Assembly (NCBI GenBank): GCA_049613825.1
Contig: JBMZCY010000001.1
Span: forward strand, 1-44,452
DNA length: 44,452 bases
Direction of reading: 5' to 3'
DNA from: Planktomarina sp.
GTDB lineage: Bacteria; Pseudomonadota; Alphaproteobacteria; Rhodobacterales; Rhodobacteraceae
The position numbers and the translations under genes were made by a program. This document shows, piece after piece, positions 1 through 9,254 of the stretch; position 1 is the stretch's first letter, and each line of letters begins with the position of its first letter. The notes below the pieces were generated by a model. That model saw only the letters and a list, made by a program, of their open reading frames with translations, searched no databases and had not been told where the DNA came from.

Positions 1-1079
1 GCATCACCAACGCTTCGCGTCCTTCTTCTGCGCGGTCTCTGTGGTCTTGGCGGTTCATTTCGAGCGAAAGCGTGTCCAACGTAGCCGAGGCAATGCGGTG
101 TCGGCAACAAAAGCGCATCCGGTTTCGCAACGGGTGCCTGCGGTGACGGTTGCCCAGAACGAACTGGGGCGGGCCGATCATCCACCACACCACTGTCGGC
201 GGCTTTGGACAGAATTGCAGCTTCCTCGGCCGCGGTGTGCACTTCGGATTTGCGCAAGCGGTCCCGCAGTTTGATGCCGAAAGTGTCGTCTGCGGCAAAA
301 CGCGTGGACAGGGACAGCCCCACACGTTCGGTCAGCGCTTGCGGAAATTTCAGCGCATCTTTCAACTGGCCCACAATAGGCAAGAAGGATTTGATCTTGG
401 ATCGTTTCGATCGCGACACCGCCCCGAACAATTCATTCAGTGCTACGGTTTCAGAAATGAACACCCCCGCACGCACCGCTTCGCGTACGATGTTGGCGCG
501 TTCAAAATACGACAGGCCGACACGGATTTCGTTTTCTTCCACCATGGCAACATATGCGTCAGAGGATTGATCAGGACTGCGCACCAGCGCCAGAATGGTC
601 GGATCAATATGCCCTGCGACCGCCAGATCCCGCATCGCTTGCAGGCGGCGGTACCCGGAAATCAGACCGTAATCGCCATTGCCAATGTCCATCAACTCAA
701 TCGGAGTTTGCTGGCCGCGTTTCAGGATCGAATTCTTCAGCGTGTCCAGTTCATCGGCGTCCATCACAATCCGATCGCGGGACAGATAATCTTGCTGAAT
801 GGCGTTCTGGTTTATGACCTGAACCATGCGTCCATCGCGTTTCGCAGCGGTCAGTTCACCCGCGACTTTTTCCAGTGCGGACGTAGCAGCGGCCTCACCT
901 GCGATATCGGCAATCGGGGCGCGGCGGGGTTCGGGTGCGGGGGTTGCTAAAGGATTCGCCTTCAAAGCATTTGCTTTCAACTGGCTGGCATCGGCAAAAG
1001 GCATGGCGGAACTTTCGATCTGCGTCCCTTCTGCATTCGGATTAGCGGTCGGGACGGTCAGGCGTTTGCGTTTGGCCAT
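1..1079 (-). CDS. parB: ParB/RepB/Spo0J-family partition protein (3'-partial, open off the left edge)
   Basis: Absent from the ORF track because there is no stop. Manual translation from ATG 1079 gives MAKRKRLTVP...LKNSILKRGQQTPIEL...YGLISGYRRLQA...AMVEENEIRVGLSYFERA, containing the ParB GxRR box and ENxxR motif. Lies downstream of parA. Confidence 0.9.
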   Translation of the reverse strand, partial: MAKRKRLTVPTANPNAEGTQIESSAMPFADASQLKANALKANPLATPAPEPRRAPIADIAGEAAATSALEKVAGELTAAKRDGRMVQVINQNAIQQDYLSRDRIVMDADELDTLKNSILKRGQQTPIELMDIGNGDYGLISGYRRLQAMRDLAVAGHIDPTILALVRSPDQSSDAYVAMVEENEIRVGLSYFERANIVREAVRAGVFISETVALNELFGAVSRSKRSKIKSFLPIVGQLKDALKFPQALTERVGLSLSTRFAADDTFGIKLRDRLRKSEVHTAAEEAAILSKAADSGVVDDRPAPVRSGQPSPQAPVAKPDALLLPTPHCLGYVGHAFARNEPPRPQRPRRRRTRSVGD

Positions 1080-1080
1080 A

Positions 1081-1758
1081 TCAGTGTCCTTTCTGGATCA
1101 GCGTGATGGCCGCGAATGTGATCAAACACACAGCCAAAAGGTTGAAAAGTTTTGAGAGTACCGGACGCCCCGTTAACGGATTGCGTGGGTAGGCGAGGGG
1201 GGTGAAGGCAAGGCAGGATGACCCTGCAAGAATAGCCCAAGCAGGGGTTCGGGTCAGGGCGAGGGTTCCAAAGATCACAGCCAGAGTCACAAAAGGCCAA
1301 AGGTGCACATGTATCGCAGCGAAACACCGCCCTGTGACCTGTGATGGCATCTGATACAACTGATGCCAGTCTTGCGAACGTGGCGCAGGTTTTTGAAAGA
1401 ACGCAGCATAGATACCAAACAGGATAAACGAGATCAGAAAGCAAGCAATCAGCCCACCAATTGTCATCGTCGTTACGAACAGTGACATGTAAAACAATGG
1501 TGGCTTCAGACTGTGATAAAACGTGCCATAAACCGACAACCGTTTGCTGGGACCCGAATAGCTTTCATGGCGATAAAGCGTCATTGCCCAAAGCGTGATA
1601 AACGGGATTGAAGATGCTTGGATGCGGTCTTGTGGCGCAATGACGTCTACAATTGCAGAGACACCAAAGAAACACACTGCAACCAAAGTCTCCGCTTCTG
1701 GCGTGCTTGCCGTACGGGGCTTGCGAAAAATCCGCTGGTAAAGGGGCGCATCACTCAT
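1081..1758 (-). CDS. Hypothetical multi-pass membrane protein (225 aa) between parA and parB
   Basis: ATG at 1758 overlaps the parA TGA (ATGA). Its TGA lies 1 nt before the parB ATG. It has several hydrophobic segments and fills the parA-parB gap exactly. Confidence 0.75.
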   Translation of the reverse strand: MSDAPLYQRIFRKPRTASTPEAETLVAVCFFGVSAIVDVIAPQDRIQASSIPFITLWAMTLYRHESYSGPSKRLSVYGTFYHSLKPPLFYMSLFVTTMTIGGLIACFLISFILFGIYAAFFQKPAPRSQDWHQLYQMPSQVTGRCFAAIHVHLWPFVTLAVIFGTLALTRTPAWAILAGSSCLAFTPLAYPRNPLTGRPVLSKLFNLLAVCLITFAAITLIQKGH

Positions 1759-3122
1759 TCCCCAGCATCCAGTTTCACATCCCGCGCCCACGCCCCGATC
1801 AACAGCTTCTTGAACGCAGCGTAAGTCTCATCAAATGTTTCACGGCCCCGGGCATAGGTCTCGCGATTGAAATCACGGTAATCCGCCTCGTAAATCCCGT
1901 TCACACTTTCGCCCGCTTGACCGATCAGCGCGGTAAAGTCCTGACGGTGGGGGCTAAGCGTAGGCCCAAGGTAGGCTTGCATCAACGCCGCCATTTCCGC
2001 TTGCTGCCCTGAATCGAACCGTGTGACCACGGCACGGACGGCATCCCATTCGAACGCCAGCTCCTCGGTCCCCAGCGCACGCGCGGCGATGTTTTCACCA
2101 TCCTCGATGCTGGCAAAGGTCGCGTGCAGCATGTCGAAGAAGCGGCCCGTGCTGTCGAACTCCAGAAACGACGCGCCCAATGGCACCAGCAGGATGTCAG
2201 CTGCGGCGAGGCCGTTGATTGTCAGATAACCAAGGGCAGGGGGGGTATCGAGGAAGACGATGTCGTATTCATCCAGCACCCCGTCCGCATCCAGACGGTC
2301 TGTCAGGGCATCCCACAGCTTCCACCCGCGGGCTTGCATGCGCCAGACGGGGATTTGGAATTCGGCCCAGTACAGATTCAGCTGCGCACCGATCAGGTCG
2401 ATGTTTGGCCAGTGGGTCGATTGGATCAGGTCCTTGGACGTCACTTTCCGCGCCTCGGCCAGTGTTTCATCCAGCGGGATCGGTGTTTCGCCGCGCGACA
2501 CGCGGGCCTTGTTGTCGGTTTGCAAATGGTCGGCGTAGTGACGGGCCAGCAGCGGGAACACTGTGTCCCATTCATCCTTCACTGTGCCGCCAAAGATCGA
2601 TGTCATCGACCCCTGACTGTCCAGATCAATCACCAGCACTTTGTAGCCATCCAGCGCCGCAGACATCGCCAAATGCGCGGCAGTGGACGTCTTGCCCACC
2701 CCGCCTTTGAAGTTCGCGACAGCAACCAGTTTCGCTGGCTGACCATCGGGGCGGTAAGGTTCATACTCTTTCGCCTTGGACCCTTCGGCAGCAAAGAACG
2801 CGCGCAGGCGCAGGACTTCATCTAAGCTAAACCACTTTGCGCCGCCGGATGTTTCCGATTGGCCTTGAGGCAGGTCCGGATTTGCTTTCAACACGCGCCT
2901 AAAATGCGCTGTGGCAACAGGGATCAGATACTTGGTGATTTCCCATGTGGAAAACATCCGCAGTTCTTTGCGACCGCTTTCCGTCAACCCGCGTGAGGTC
3001 AGATCAGACATACCTTTTCCACAGGCCGCCGCAATCGCTGCGAAATCTGCGGTGGATGTTGCGGGTGCCAATTCAGCCTCGGCCTGCGTTGGATCAATTG
3101 AGAAATAAGGGGGAAGGGACAT
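1755..3122 (-). CDS. parA: ParA-family partition ATPase with N-terminal extension (type Ia-like)
   Basis: Deviant Walker A NFKGGVGKTS, plus VLVIDLDSQGS and DTPPALG. Divergent from repA. Confidence 0.95.
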   Translation of the reverse strand: MSLPPYFSIDPTQAEAELAPATSTADFAAIAAACGKGMSDLTSRGLTESGRKELRMFSTWEITKYLIPVATAHFRRVLKANPDLPQGQSETSGGAKWFSLDEVLRLRAFFAAEGSKAKEYEPYRPDGQPAKLVAVANFKGGVGKTSTAAHLAMSAALDGYKVLVIDLDSQGSMTSIFGGTVKDEWDTVFPLLARHYADHLQTDNKARVSRGETPIPLDETLAEARKVTSKDLIQSTHWPNIDLIGAQLNLYWAEFQIPVWRMQARGWKLWDALTDRLDADGVLDEYDIVFLDTPPALGYLTINGLAAADILLVPLGASFLEFDSTGRFFDMLHATFASIEDGENIAARALGTEELAFEWDAVRAVVTRFDSGQQAEMAALMQAYLGPTLSPHRQDFTALIGQAGESVNGIYEADYRDFNRETYARGRETFDETYAAFKKLLIGAWARDVKLDAGE

Positions 3123-3354
3123 GTGTTTCGCCTGATGTGCTGCTTTTTCGCCAATATACGCGAAATCACGCTACATGGAAGAAATATCACAACAAACATC
3201 CTGTTTCCTAAGCAAATTGCAGGCTTTGAACGGGTGCTTTGTATGGGTTTTTGAAAAAAAGAGGTGTTATGATTAGTTATATGATTGTTAAGCGATTTGG
3301 CTGATCGCGCAAATATTTGAATTAAAAGAAAAAAAACGGTTGAAATTCAAACAG

Positions 3355-3415
3355 GCGACTCTGAAACCACGCTTGGGTGACTCTGATACCACGACAAAGC
3401 GACTCCGAACCCCCG
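3355..3415. repeat. Three 17-bp iterons with 22-bp period (putative RepA-binding origin)
   Basis: GCGACTCTGAAACCACG (3355), GTGACTCTGATACCACG (3377), GCGACTCCGAACCCCCG (3399). Adjacent to an AT-rich tract (about 3240-3350) upstream of repA. A degenerate fourth copy starts at 3481. Confidence 0.8.
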
Positions 3416-3446
3416 ATAGATCGATGTGAAATTTCTGGACTCAGCA

Positions 3447-3455
3447 TGTGGATAA
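3447..3455 (-). promoter_or_regulatory. DnaA box
   Basis: TGTGGATAA is the reverse complement of the consensus TTATCCACA and lies about 30 bp from the iterons. Confidence 0.75.
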
Positions 3456-3566
3456 CTTTTACCAAGGTGTTACTAAAACCACGATTCTGAAAACAGAACA
3501 TCGTCACGCCATTCAGAGGGTCAAAAGATCCCACACGGCGGACGCGGGCAGTAAGGCAGGCACATC

Positions 3567-4580
3567 ATGGCAACGGCCATTTCCAATACGGGGGGACTCC
3601 TTCCCGATCGTCATGCAACGAAGGATTTCTTCGTCTGCGATATCTTTGACGCTGTGCCCAAAGATGACCTGGCGACAATGGAACATCCGATCTTTTCGCT
3701 GTCCACGCGGCCCGACCGCCGCATTCTGGAATACACCCACAACGACGTGGACATCACCGTTGTGCCGTCGGTCAAAGGACTGGCCACGATCCACGACAAA
3801 GACATTCTGATCTACTGCATTTCACAGTTGATGGCGGCGGTGAATGCGGGGCGCAAAACATCACGCCGTTTGACATTAAAGGCCCATGATCTGCTGGTGT
3901 CGGTGAACCGTGAAACATCCGGTGATGCGTACCGCCGTCTGCGCGAAGGGTTTGAACGGCTGGCAGGTACACGGATCACCACGAACATCGTGACGGGGGA
4001 TCATGAGACGACCACTGGTTTCGGTTTGATCGAAAGCTGGGAGATTGTCCGCAAAACCCGTGGGGGTCGGATGGTGTCTGTTGCCGTGACCCTGTCGGAC
4101 TGGCTGTACCGTGCTGTGATGTCGAATTCTGTATTGACGCTAAGCCGCGATTATTTCCGTCTGCGCAAACCGCTGGAACGGCGGGTCTATGAATTGGCGC
4201 GTAAGCATTGTGGGCGGCAATCCGACTGGACGGTAACGATTGATACGTTGCTGAAAAAGTCAGGCAGCAATTCGCCCCGCCGTGTGTTTCGCAAGATGAT
4301 CCGTGATATGATTGCCGCTGACACGCTGCCCGATTACGCCATGGAAGAAATTGAAGGCGACAAGGTCCGGTTCATCCTGCGGGGTGTGGTGGTCGAAGGG
4401 CCTTTGCCAGCCCCATCCCCCGATGCCATTGATCGCGCCAAGGCCCTTGTGCCCGGCATGGACATTTATGCACTGGTCGCCGACTGGCAGGATTTTTGGG
4501 TCCGTGCAGGCCGGATGAAGCTGCGGTCTGCGGATGCCGCGTTCCTTGGGTTTGTGAAATCGCGCAAAGCGGGCAATTGA
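3567..4580 (+). CDS. repA: Plasmid replication initiator protein A (RPA family)
   Basis: LLPDRH..DFFVCDIFDAVPKDDLATMEHPIFSLS, GLATIHDKDILIYCISQL and YFRLRKPLERRVYELARKHCGRQ are typical of alphaproteobacterial RepA. Adjacent to parAB and iterons. Confidence 0.93.
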   Translation: MATAISNTGGLLPDRHATKDFFVCDIFDAVPKDDLATMEHPIFSLSTRPDRRILEYTHNDVDITVVPSVKGLATIHDKDILIYCISQLMAAVNAGRKTSRRLTLKAHDLLVSVNRETSGDAYRRLREGFERLAGTRITTNIVTGDHETTTGFGLIESWEIVRKTRGGRMVSVAVTLSDWLYRAVMSNSVLTLSRDYFRLRKPLERRVYELARKHCGRQSDWTVTIDTLLKKSGSNSPRRVFRKMIRDMIAADTLPDYAMEEIEGDKVRFILRGVVVEGPLPAPSPDAIDRAKALVPGMDIYALVADWQDFWVRAGRMKLRSADAAFLGFVKSRKAGN

Positions 4581-4649
4581 AGGGGGACGGGGAACACACC
4601 GTAGCGATACCCCTAGTGCGCTGCGGCTTCCTTGCTTATGTAATCTGCT

Positions 4650-5438
4650 ATGAAACTGTTCAGCAAACTTTTGGGTCGCTCAGACCGTACGCGCAAAGCG
4701 GGCCCTATGCCGCCACATCAGGTGGATCATCCGATTTATGTCATCGGGGACGTGCATGGTCGCATGGACCTGCTGGACAGTCTGAGTGCAAAGATTGTCG
4801 AAGATGCCATATCACGCCCGGGCATGTCAGAGGCAAAAGTGATCTATCTGGGGGATTACGTTGATCGTGGCGATCAGTCTGCGCAGGTGTTGGCACATTT
4901 ATATGAACTGTCCTTGTCCCAACCCGACCGCCACATCTGTCTAAAAGGCAACCACGAAGTCCTGATGCTGAACTTTCTGGAGGACCCCCGCAAACATGGC
5001 GCCCGTTGGTTGCGTTATGGCGGGATGCAGACATTGGCCAGTTTCGGCATTCGCGGCTTTCACGAACGGATGGATGTGGAAGACATGCCTGATATTGCTG
5101 CCCAGTTGGAAGATGTGCTGCCTGACGGGATGCATGACTGGCTGCGCGATTTGCCGCAAACCTATCGCACAGGCAATGTGGTCTGTGTCCATGCCGCCCT
5201 GAACCCAGAACGCGTGTGGAACGACCAAAGCGACCGCACGCGGATGTGGGGGCATAAGGATTTTTTCACCAAGCAACGCACCGATGGTCAGTGGGTCGCC
5301 CACGGGCATACGATTATGGAGCAACCTGTGGTGGACCAGGGGCGTATGTCACTGGACACAGGGGCCTATGCCACGGGGCGACTGACGGCCATGGGATTGC
5401 AGGGCGGGGATGGTTGGTTGGTGCAAGTAGGGGGTTAA
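4650..5438 (+). CDS. Calcineurin-like metallophosphoesterase (PPP-type Ser/Thr phosphatase)
   Basis: Signature motifs GDVHG, GDYVDRG, GNHE, HGHT and LDTGA. Confidence 0.9.
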   Translation: MKLFSKLLGRSDRTRKAGPMPPHQVDHPIYVIGDVHGRMDLLDSLSAKIVEDAISRPGMSEAKVIYLGDYVDRGDQSAQVLAHLYELSLSQPDRHICLKGNHEVLMLNFLEDPRKHGARWLRYGGMQTLASFGIRGFHERMDVEDMPDIAAQLEDVLPDGMHDWLRDLPQTYRTGNVVCVHAALNPERVWNDQSDRTRMWGHKDFFTKQRTDGQWVAHGHTIMEQPVVDQGRMSLDTGAYATGRLTAMGLQGGDGWLVQVGG

Positions 5439-6442
5439 TAAAACCCGCGATACCAATCGACGAAGGCTTTGATCCCGTTTTGCACTGATGTGCGCGGGGC
5501 ATATCCGGTCAGGGATTTCAGCAAGTTTGCGTCGGCCCATGTGGCAGGCACGTCACCGGCCTGCATGTCCATGTAATTGCGGATGGCTTTGGTGCCCAAC
5601 TCAGCCTCCAACGCATCGACGAAATCTAACAATCGCACTTTGTCGTTGTTGCCGATGTTGACGATCCGGTGGGGGGCCACGGGGGACAGGCTGTCACCTT
5701 CGGGGACCACCCCGTCGGCGGGTCGTACGGGCGGAGTATCAATCAACAGGCGGATGCCACGGGCCAGATCCTCGATATAAGTGAAATCACGGAACATATC
5801 GCCGTGGTTGTAGATATCGATGGGCGTGCCTTCGATAATGCCTTTGGTGAACTTGAACAGTGCCATGTCAGGGCGCCCCCACGGACCGTATACAGTGAAA
5901 AAGCGGAACATGGTGGTCGGCAGATCATAGAGGTGGGCATAAGAATGGCCCATCGCCTCGCCTGCTTTTTTAGTGGCGGCATAGATGGTCATGGGCAGGT
6001 CGGCTTTGTGGGTTTCCGCGTAAGGCATCTGTGTATTCGCGCCGTATACCGAACTGGTTGAGGCCATAAGCAAGTGATCTACACCCAATTCCCGCGCGCA
6101 TTCCATCACGTTGAACGTACCCACCACGTTGGATTCAATATAGGCACGCGGGTTTTCCAGGCTGTATCGCACGCCCGCTTGGGCTGCCAAATGTACGATC
6201 ACATCGGGACGTTCGTCCCGTGTTAGGGTCTGTAGGCGATCCATATCTTCCAACATGCCTTGTTCGAACCGGAACGCAGGATGTTGCTTCAAGATATTCA
6301 GCCGCGCCTGTTTCAGTGCGGGGTCATAATAATCTGTCAGCGCGTCATAGCCGACAACACGAAATCCGTCTTGCAGCAGGATTTCCGACAGGTGGAATCC
6401 GATGAACCCGGCGGCCCCTGTGACCAGAACCGTGCGTGTCAC
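5435..6442 (-). CDS. NAD-dependent epimerase, UDP-glucuronate 4-epimerase (LspL-like)
   Basis: [44 protein letters not shown]. Confidence 0.92.
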   Translation of the reverse strand: MTRTVLVTGAAGFIGFHLSEILLQDGFRVVGYDALTDYYDPALKQARLNILKQHPAFRFEQGMLEDMDRLQTLTRDERPDVIVHLAAQAGVRYSLENPRAYIESNVVGTFNVMECARELGVDHLLMASTSSVYGANTQMPYAETHKADLPMTIYAATKKAGEAMGHSYAHLYDLPTTMFRFFTVYGPWGRPDMALFKFTKGIIEGTPIDIYNHGDMFRDFTYIEDLARGIRLLIDTPPVRPADGVVPEGDSLSPVAPHRIVNIGNNDKVRLLDFVDALEAELGTKAIRNYMDMQAGDVPATWADANLLKSLTGYAPRTSVQNGIKAFVDWYRGFY

Positions 6443-7785
6443 GCTGCGTTTTCCACGGCCAATGCCACATCGTTCACCACTTGCTGCAGCAAGGCTTCGT
6501 CCTCGGCTTCGCCCATCACACGGATCAGCGGTTCAGTCCCTGATTTGCGGATTAACAGGCGGCCTGTGGCGGCCAACGCCGCTTCGCCTGCGGCAATCGC
6601 ATCTTGTACGGATTTTTCGTCTAGGGGTGTTTTGCCTGCCTCAAACCGCACGTTTTTCAACAGTTGCGGGCAGGGAGTGAAGACATTCGCTAGATCACTT
6701 GCCTTATGACCTGTTTCCACCATCGCGGCCAGAAATTGCAGGCCTGCCAATAGGCCGTCGCCCGTGGTGGCGTGGTCCATCATCACAATATGGCCCGACT
6801 GTTCGCCGCCCAGATTAAAGCCGCCCTTGCGCATGGCATCGACCACATAACGATCCCCCACTTGTGTGCGGTGCAGGCCAATGCCCTGACCTTCCAACCA
6901 GCGTTCAAGGCCCAAGTTCGACATGACCGTCGCAACCAGGGCCCCACCTTTCAACTGCCCGGACTGTGCCCAACGTGACGCGATCAGACCCATGATCTGA
7001 TCCCCATCGGCCAGTTTGCCTGTTTCATCTATAATTGCGATCCGGTCGGCGTCGCCGTCCAGACAAATGCCGATATCCGCGCCGTGCGCCACAACGGTTT
7101 CAGCTGCAGTTTGCGGTTGGGTCGATCCAACGTCACGGTTGATGTTGTAGCCGTTTGGCGACACGCCCACAGGGATAACGGTGGCGCCCAGTTCGAACAG
7201 CACTTCGGGGGCGGCTTTGTAAGCGGCCCCATTGGCGCAATCGATCACAACTTTCAGACCGTCCAGTGTTTTGCCCAAGGGAAAGCTGGCTTTTGCCACT
7301 TCGACATAACGCCCTGTGGCGGATTCAATGCGGTTCACACGGCCAATGTTTTCGGGCTTGCACAAGTCTACGCCGGAACTGAACAGGGCTTCGATCTCCA
7401 TCTCGGCCTCATCGGACAACTTGAAGCCGTCGGGGCCGAAGAATTTGATGCCATTGTCGTGGTGCGGATTGTGCGATGCAGAAATCATCACGCCCACATC
7501 AGCCCGCATGGACGGGGTCAGCAAACCGACAGCAGGTGTCGGGATAGGACCCAACAGAATCACGTTCATACCGGTGGATGCAAATCCGGCCACCAGTGCG
7601 TTTTCAATCATATAGCCGGACCGACGTGTGTCTTTGCCGATCACCACACGGTGCTGGTGATCTGAATCCTTGCTGCGGAAATAACGCCCGGCAGCCGAGG
7701 CCAGACGCAAGGCTGCCTCGGCGGTCATGGGATAGGTGTTCGCCGTGCCGCGCACGCCGTCTGTTCCGAATAATGTACGACCCAT
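6439..7785 (-). CDS. glmM: Phosphoglucosamine mutase
   Basis: [43 protein letters not shown]. Confidence 0.96.
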   Translation of the reverse strand: MGRTLFGTDGVRGTANTYPMTAEAALRLASAAGRYFRSKDSDHQHRVVIGKDTRRSGYMIENALVAGFASTGMNVILLGPIPTPAVGLLTPSMRADVGVMISASHNPHHDNGIKFFGPDGFKLSDEAEMEIEALFSSGVDLCKPENIGRVNRIESATGRYVEVAKASFPLGKTLDGLKVVIDCANGAAYKAAPEVLFELGATVIPVGVSPNGYNINRDVGSTQPQTAAETVVAHGADIGICLDGDADRIAIIDETGKLADGDQIMGLIASRWAQSGQLKGGALVATVMSNLGLERWLEGQGIGLHRTQVGDRYVVDAMRKGGFNLGGEQSGHIVMMDHATTGDGLLAGLQFLAAMVETGHKASDLANVFTPCPQLLKNVRFEAGKTPLDEKSVQDAIAAGEAALAATGRLLIRKSGTEPLIRVMGEAEDEALLQQVVNDVALAVENAA

Positions 7786-7817
7786 GGCGGTGATCCTTAT
7801 GTCTTAAAATAAAGACA

Positions 7818-7857
7818 AGTTTACCCCCTTCACCCCACAGGGGCCAGAGGGGAAACT
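7818..7857 (-). terminator. Imperfect GC hairpin between manB and glmM (possible terminator or processing stem)
   Basis: AGTTT-A-CCCCCTT-CA-CCCC-ACA-GGGG-CC-AGAGGGG-AAACT, an intergenic inverted repeat without a clear U tract. Confidence 0.35.
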
Positions 7858-7873
7858 GAGTCTGAAAGCCGTA

Positions 7874-9235
7874 TCAGCCCAAAGTCTTAATCCTGTCGGC
7901 AAGGGCCTGCGCATGATGTGCGACCACATCTGCATCCAACCCTTCGACATTCAATCGCAACAACGGCTCGGTATTGGAGGCGCGCAGATTAAACCGCCAC
8001 CCGTCAAACGACAGGCCCAGACCATCAAGGCGGTCTTCGTGCGCGGCTTGATCTTTATAGTCGGCATAAATTGCATCCACGGCCACTTGGGTATCTGCCA
8101 CGCGAAAGTTCACTTCGCCCGATGACGGGTGTTTGTGGCGCATGTCGGACACCAGATCTTTCAGTCCCAACCCCGTGGCGGATACATGGGCCGCCAGCAG
8201 AACCCAAGGAATCATCCCACTGTCGCAGAACATGAAGTCGCGGAAATAATGATGCGCGGACATTTCGCCGCCGTAGGCTGCATTTGTTTCACGCATCTTG
8301 GCCTTGATCAACGCATGGCCTGTGCGGGCAGGAACAGCAATACCCCCTGCGCCAGTCACGATCCGCTGCGTGTTCCAGATCACACGCGGGTCATGCACAA
8401 TGGATGCCCCTGCATCTTTGGCCAGTATCGCATCTGCCAGCAGGCCAACCATATACTCACCCGGCACAAACGTTCCTGTGGCATCGAAAAAGAAGCACCG
8501 ATCGAAATCACCATCCCATGCAATGCCCATATCGGCCCCAGCTGCGATAACAGCATCTGCGGTCATTGGTTGGTTTTCCGGTAACAGTGGATTCGGGATG
8601 CCATTGGGGAACGACGGATCGCCTGCGTGATGTGTGCGGGTGACCGTGATTGGTGCACCTTTGGCGACCAAAGCTGCAACCACTGCATCAAAGGTCGGGC
8701 CTGCGGCACCATTGCCTGCATTGGCAAGGATGTGCAGCGGCTTTAGCGCGGATGGGTCGATAAAGCTGCACACCCGTTCTGCGTACGCATTGCGGCAGTC
8801 CACATATTGGTGGGTGCCTGCAGAGGCCGCAGGTTTTGGAGTTGCGGCCACAGCGGCCTCAATTGCGCGGAAGGTATCATCGGACAGGGGGGCGGCGCCT
8901 TTGCCTACAATCTTGAACCCATTGTATTCAATCGGGTTGTGCGATGCAGTCACCATCACCCCGCCGCAGGCATCATAGTGGTCAGTGCCAAAATAGACTT
9001 CTTCAGTGCCGCACAAACCAAGGTCCAGAACCTGAACGCCGCCTGCGATCAGACCCAAACCCAAGGCATTTTGTAAAATCGGAGACGTCGCCCGCACGTC
9101 ACGTCCAATGACAACACGCTTGGCTTGCATCACAGCCGCCATGGCCAGGCCCAGATTATAAGCCAGATCTGGGGTCACATCTTCATCCACGCGACCGCGA
9201 ATGTCATAGGCTTTGAAACAGGGCACGCGTGTCAT
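7874..9235 (-). CDS. manB: Phosphomannomutase/phosphoglucomutase (CpsG/ManB)
   Basis: CFKAYDIRG, VTASHNP, WDGDFDR, GGEMSAHHYFRDF. Start moved to ATG 9235, downstream of the manC stop. Confidence 0.93.
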   Translation of the reverse strand: MTRVPCFKAYDIRGRVDEDVTPDLAYNLGLAMAAVMQAKRVVIGRDVRATSPILQNALGLGLIAGGVQVLDLGLCGTEEVYFGTDHYDACGGVMVTASHNPIEYNGFKIVGKGAAPLSDDTFRAIEAAVAATPKPAASAGTHQYVDCRNAYAERVCSFIDPSALKPLHILANAGNGAAGPTFDAVVAALVAKGAPITVTRTHHAGDPSFPNGIPNPLLPENQPMTADAVIAAGADMGIAWDGDFDRCFFFDATGTFVPGEYMVGLLADAILAKDAGASIVHDPRVIWNTQRIVTGAGGIAVPARTGHALIKAKMRETNAAYGGEMSAHHYFRDFMFCDSGMIPWVLLAAHVSATGLGLKDLVSDMRHKHPSSGEVNFRVADTQVAVDAIYADYKDQAAHEDRLDGLGLSFDGWRFNLRASNTEPLLRLNVEGLDADVVAHHAQALADRIKTLG

Positions 9236-9254
9236 GGGAAATCCTTTTGGGGTA

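Noticed and set aside
150-950. 266-aa plus-strand ORF
   Set aside because: It is the antisense shadow of parB, which the track missed because it runs off the edge.
3146-3165. TTTCGC-N8-GCGAAA inverted repeat upstream of parA as parS
   Set aside because: A single 6-bp-arm repeat with no second copy noticed; too weak to call.
3355-3415. Repeats as a mini-CRISPR array
   Set aside because: Units are 17 bp with 5-bp spacers, there are no cas genes, and the position next to repA fits iterons.
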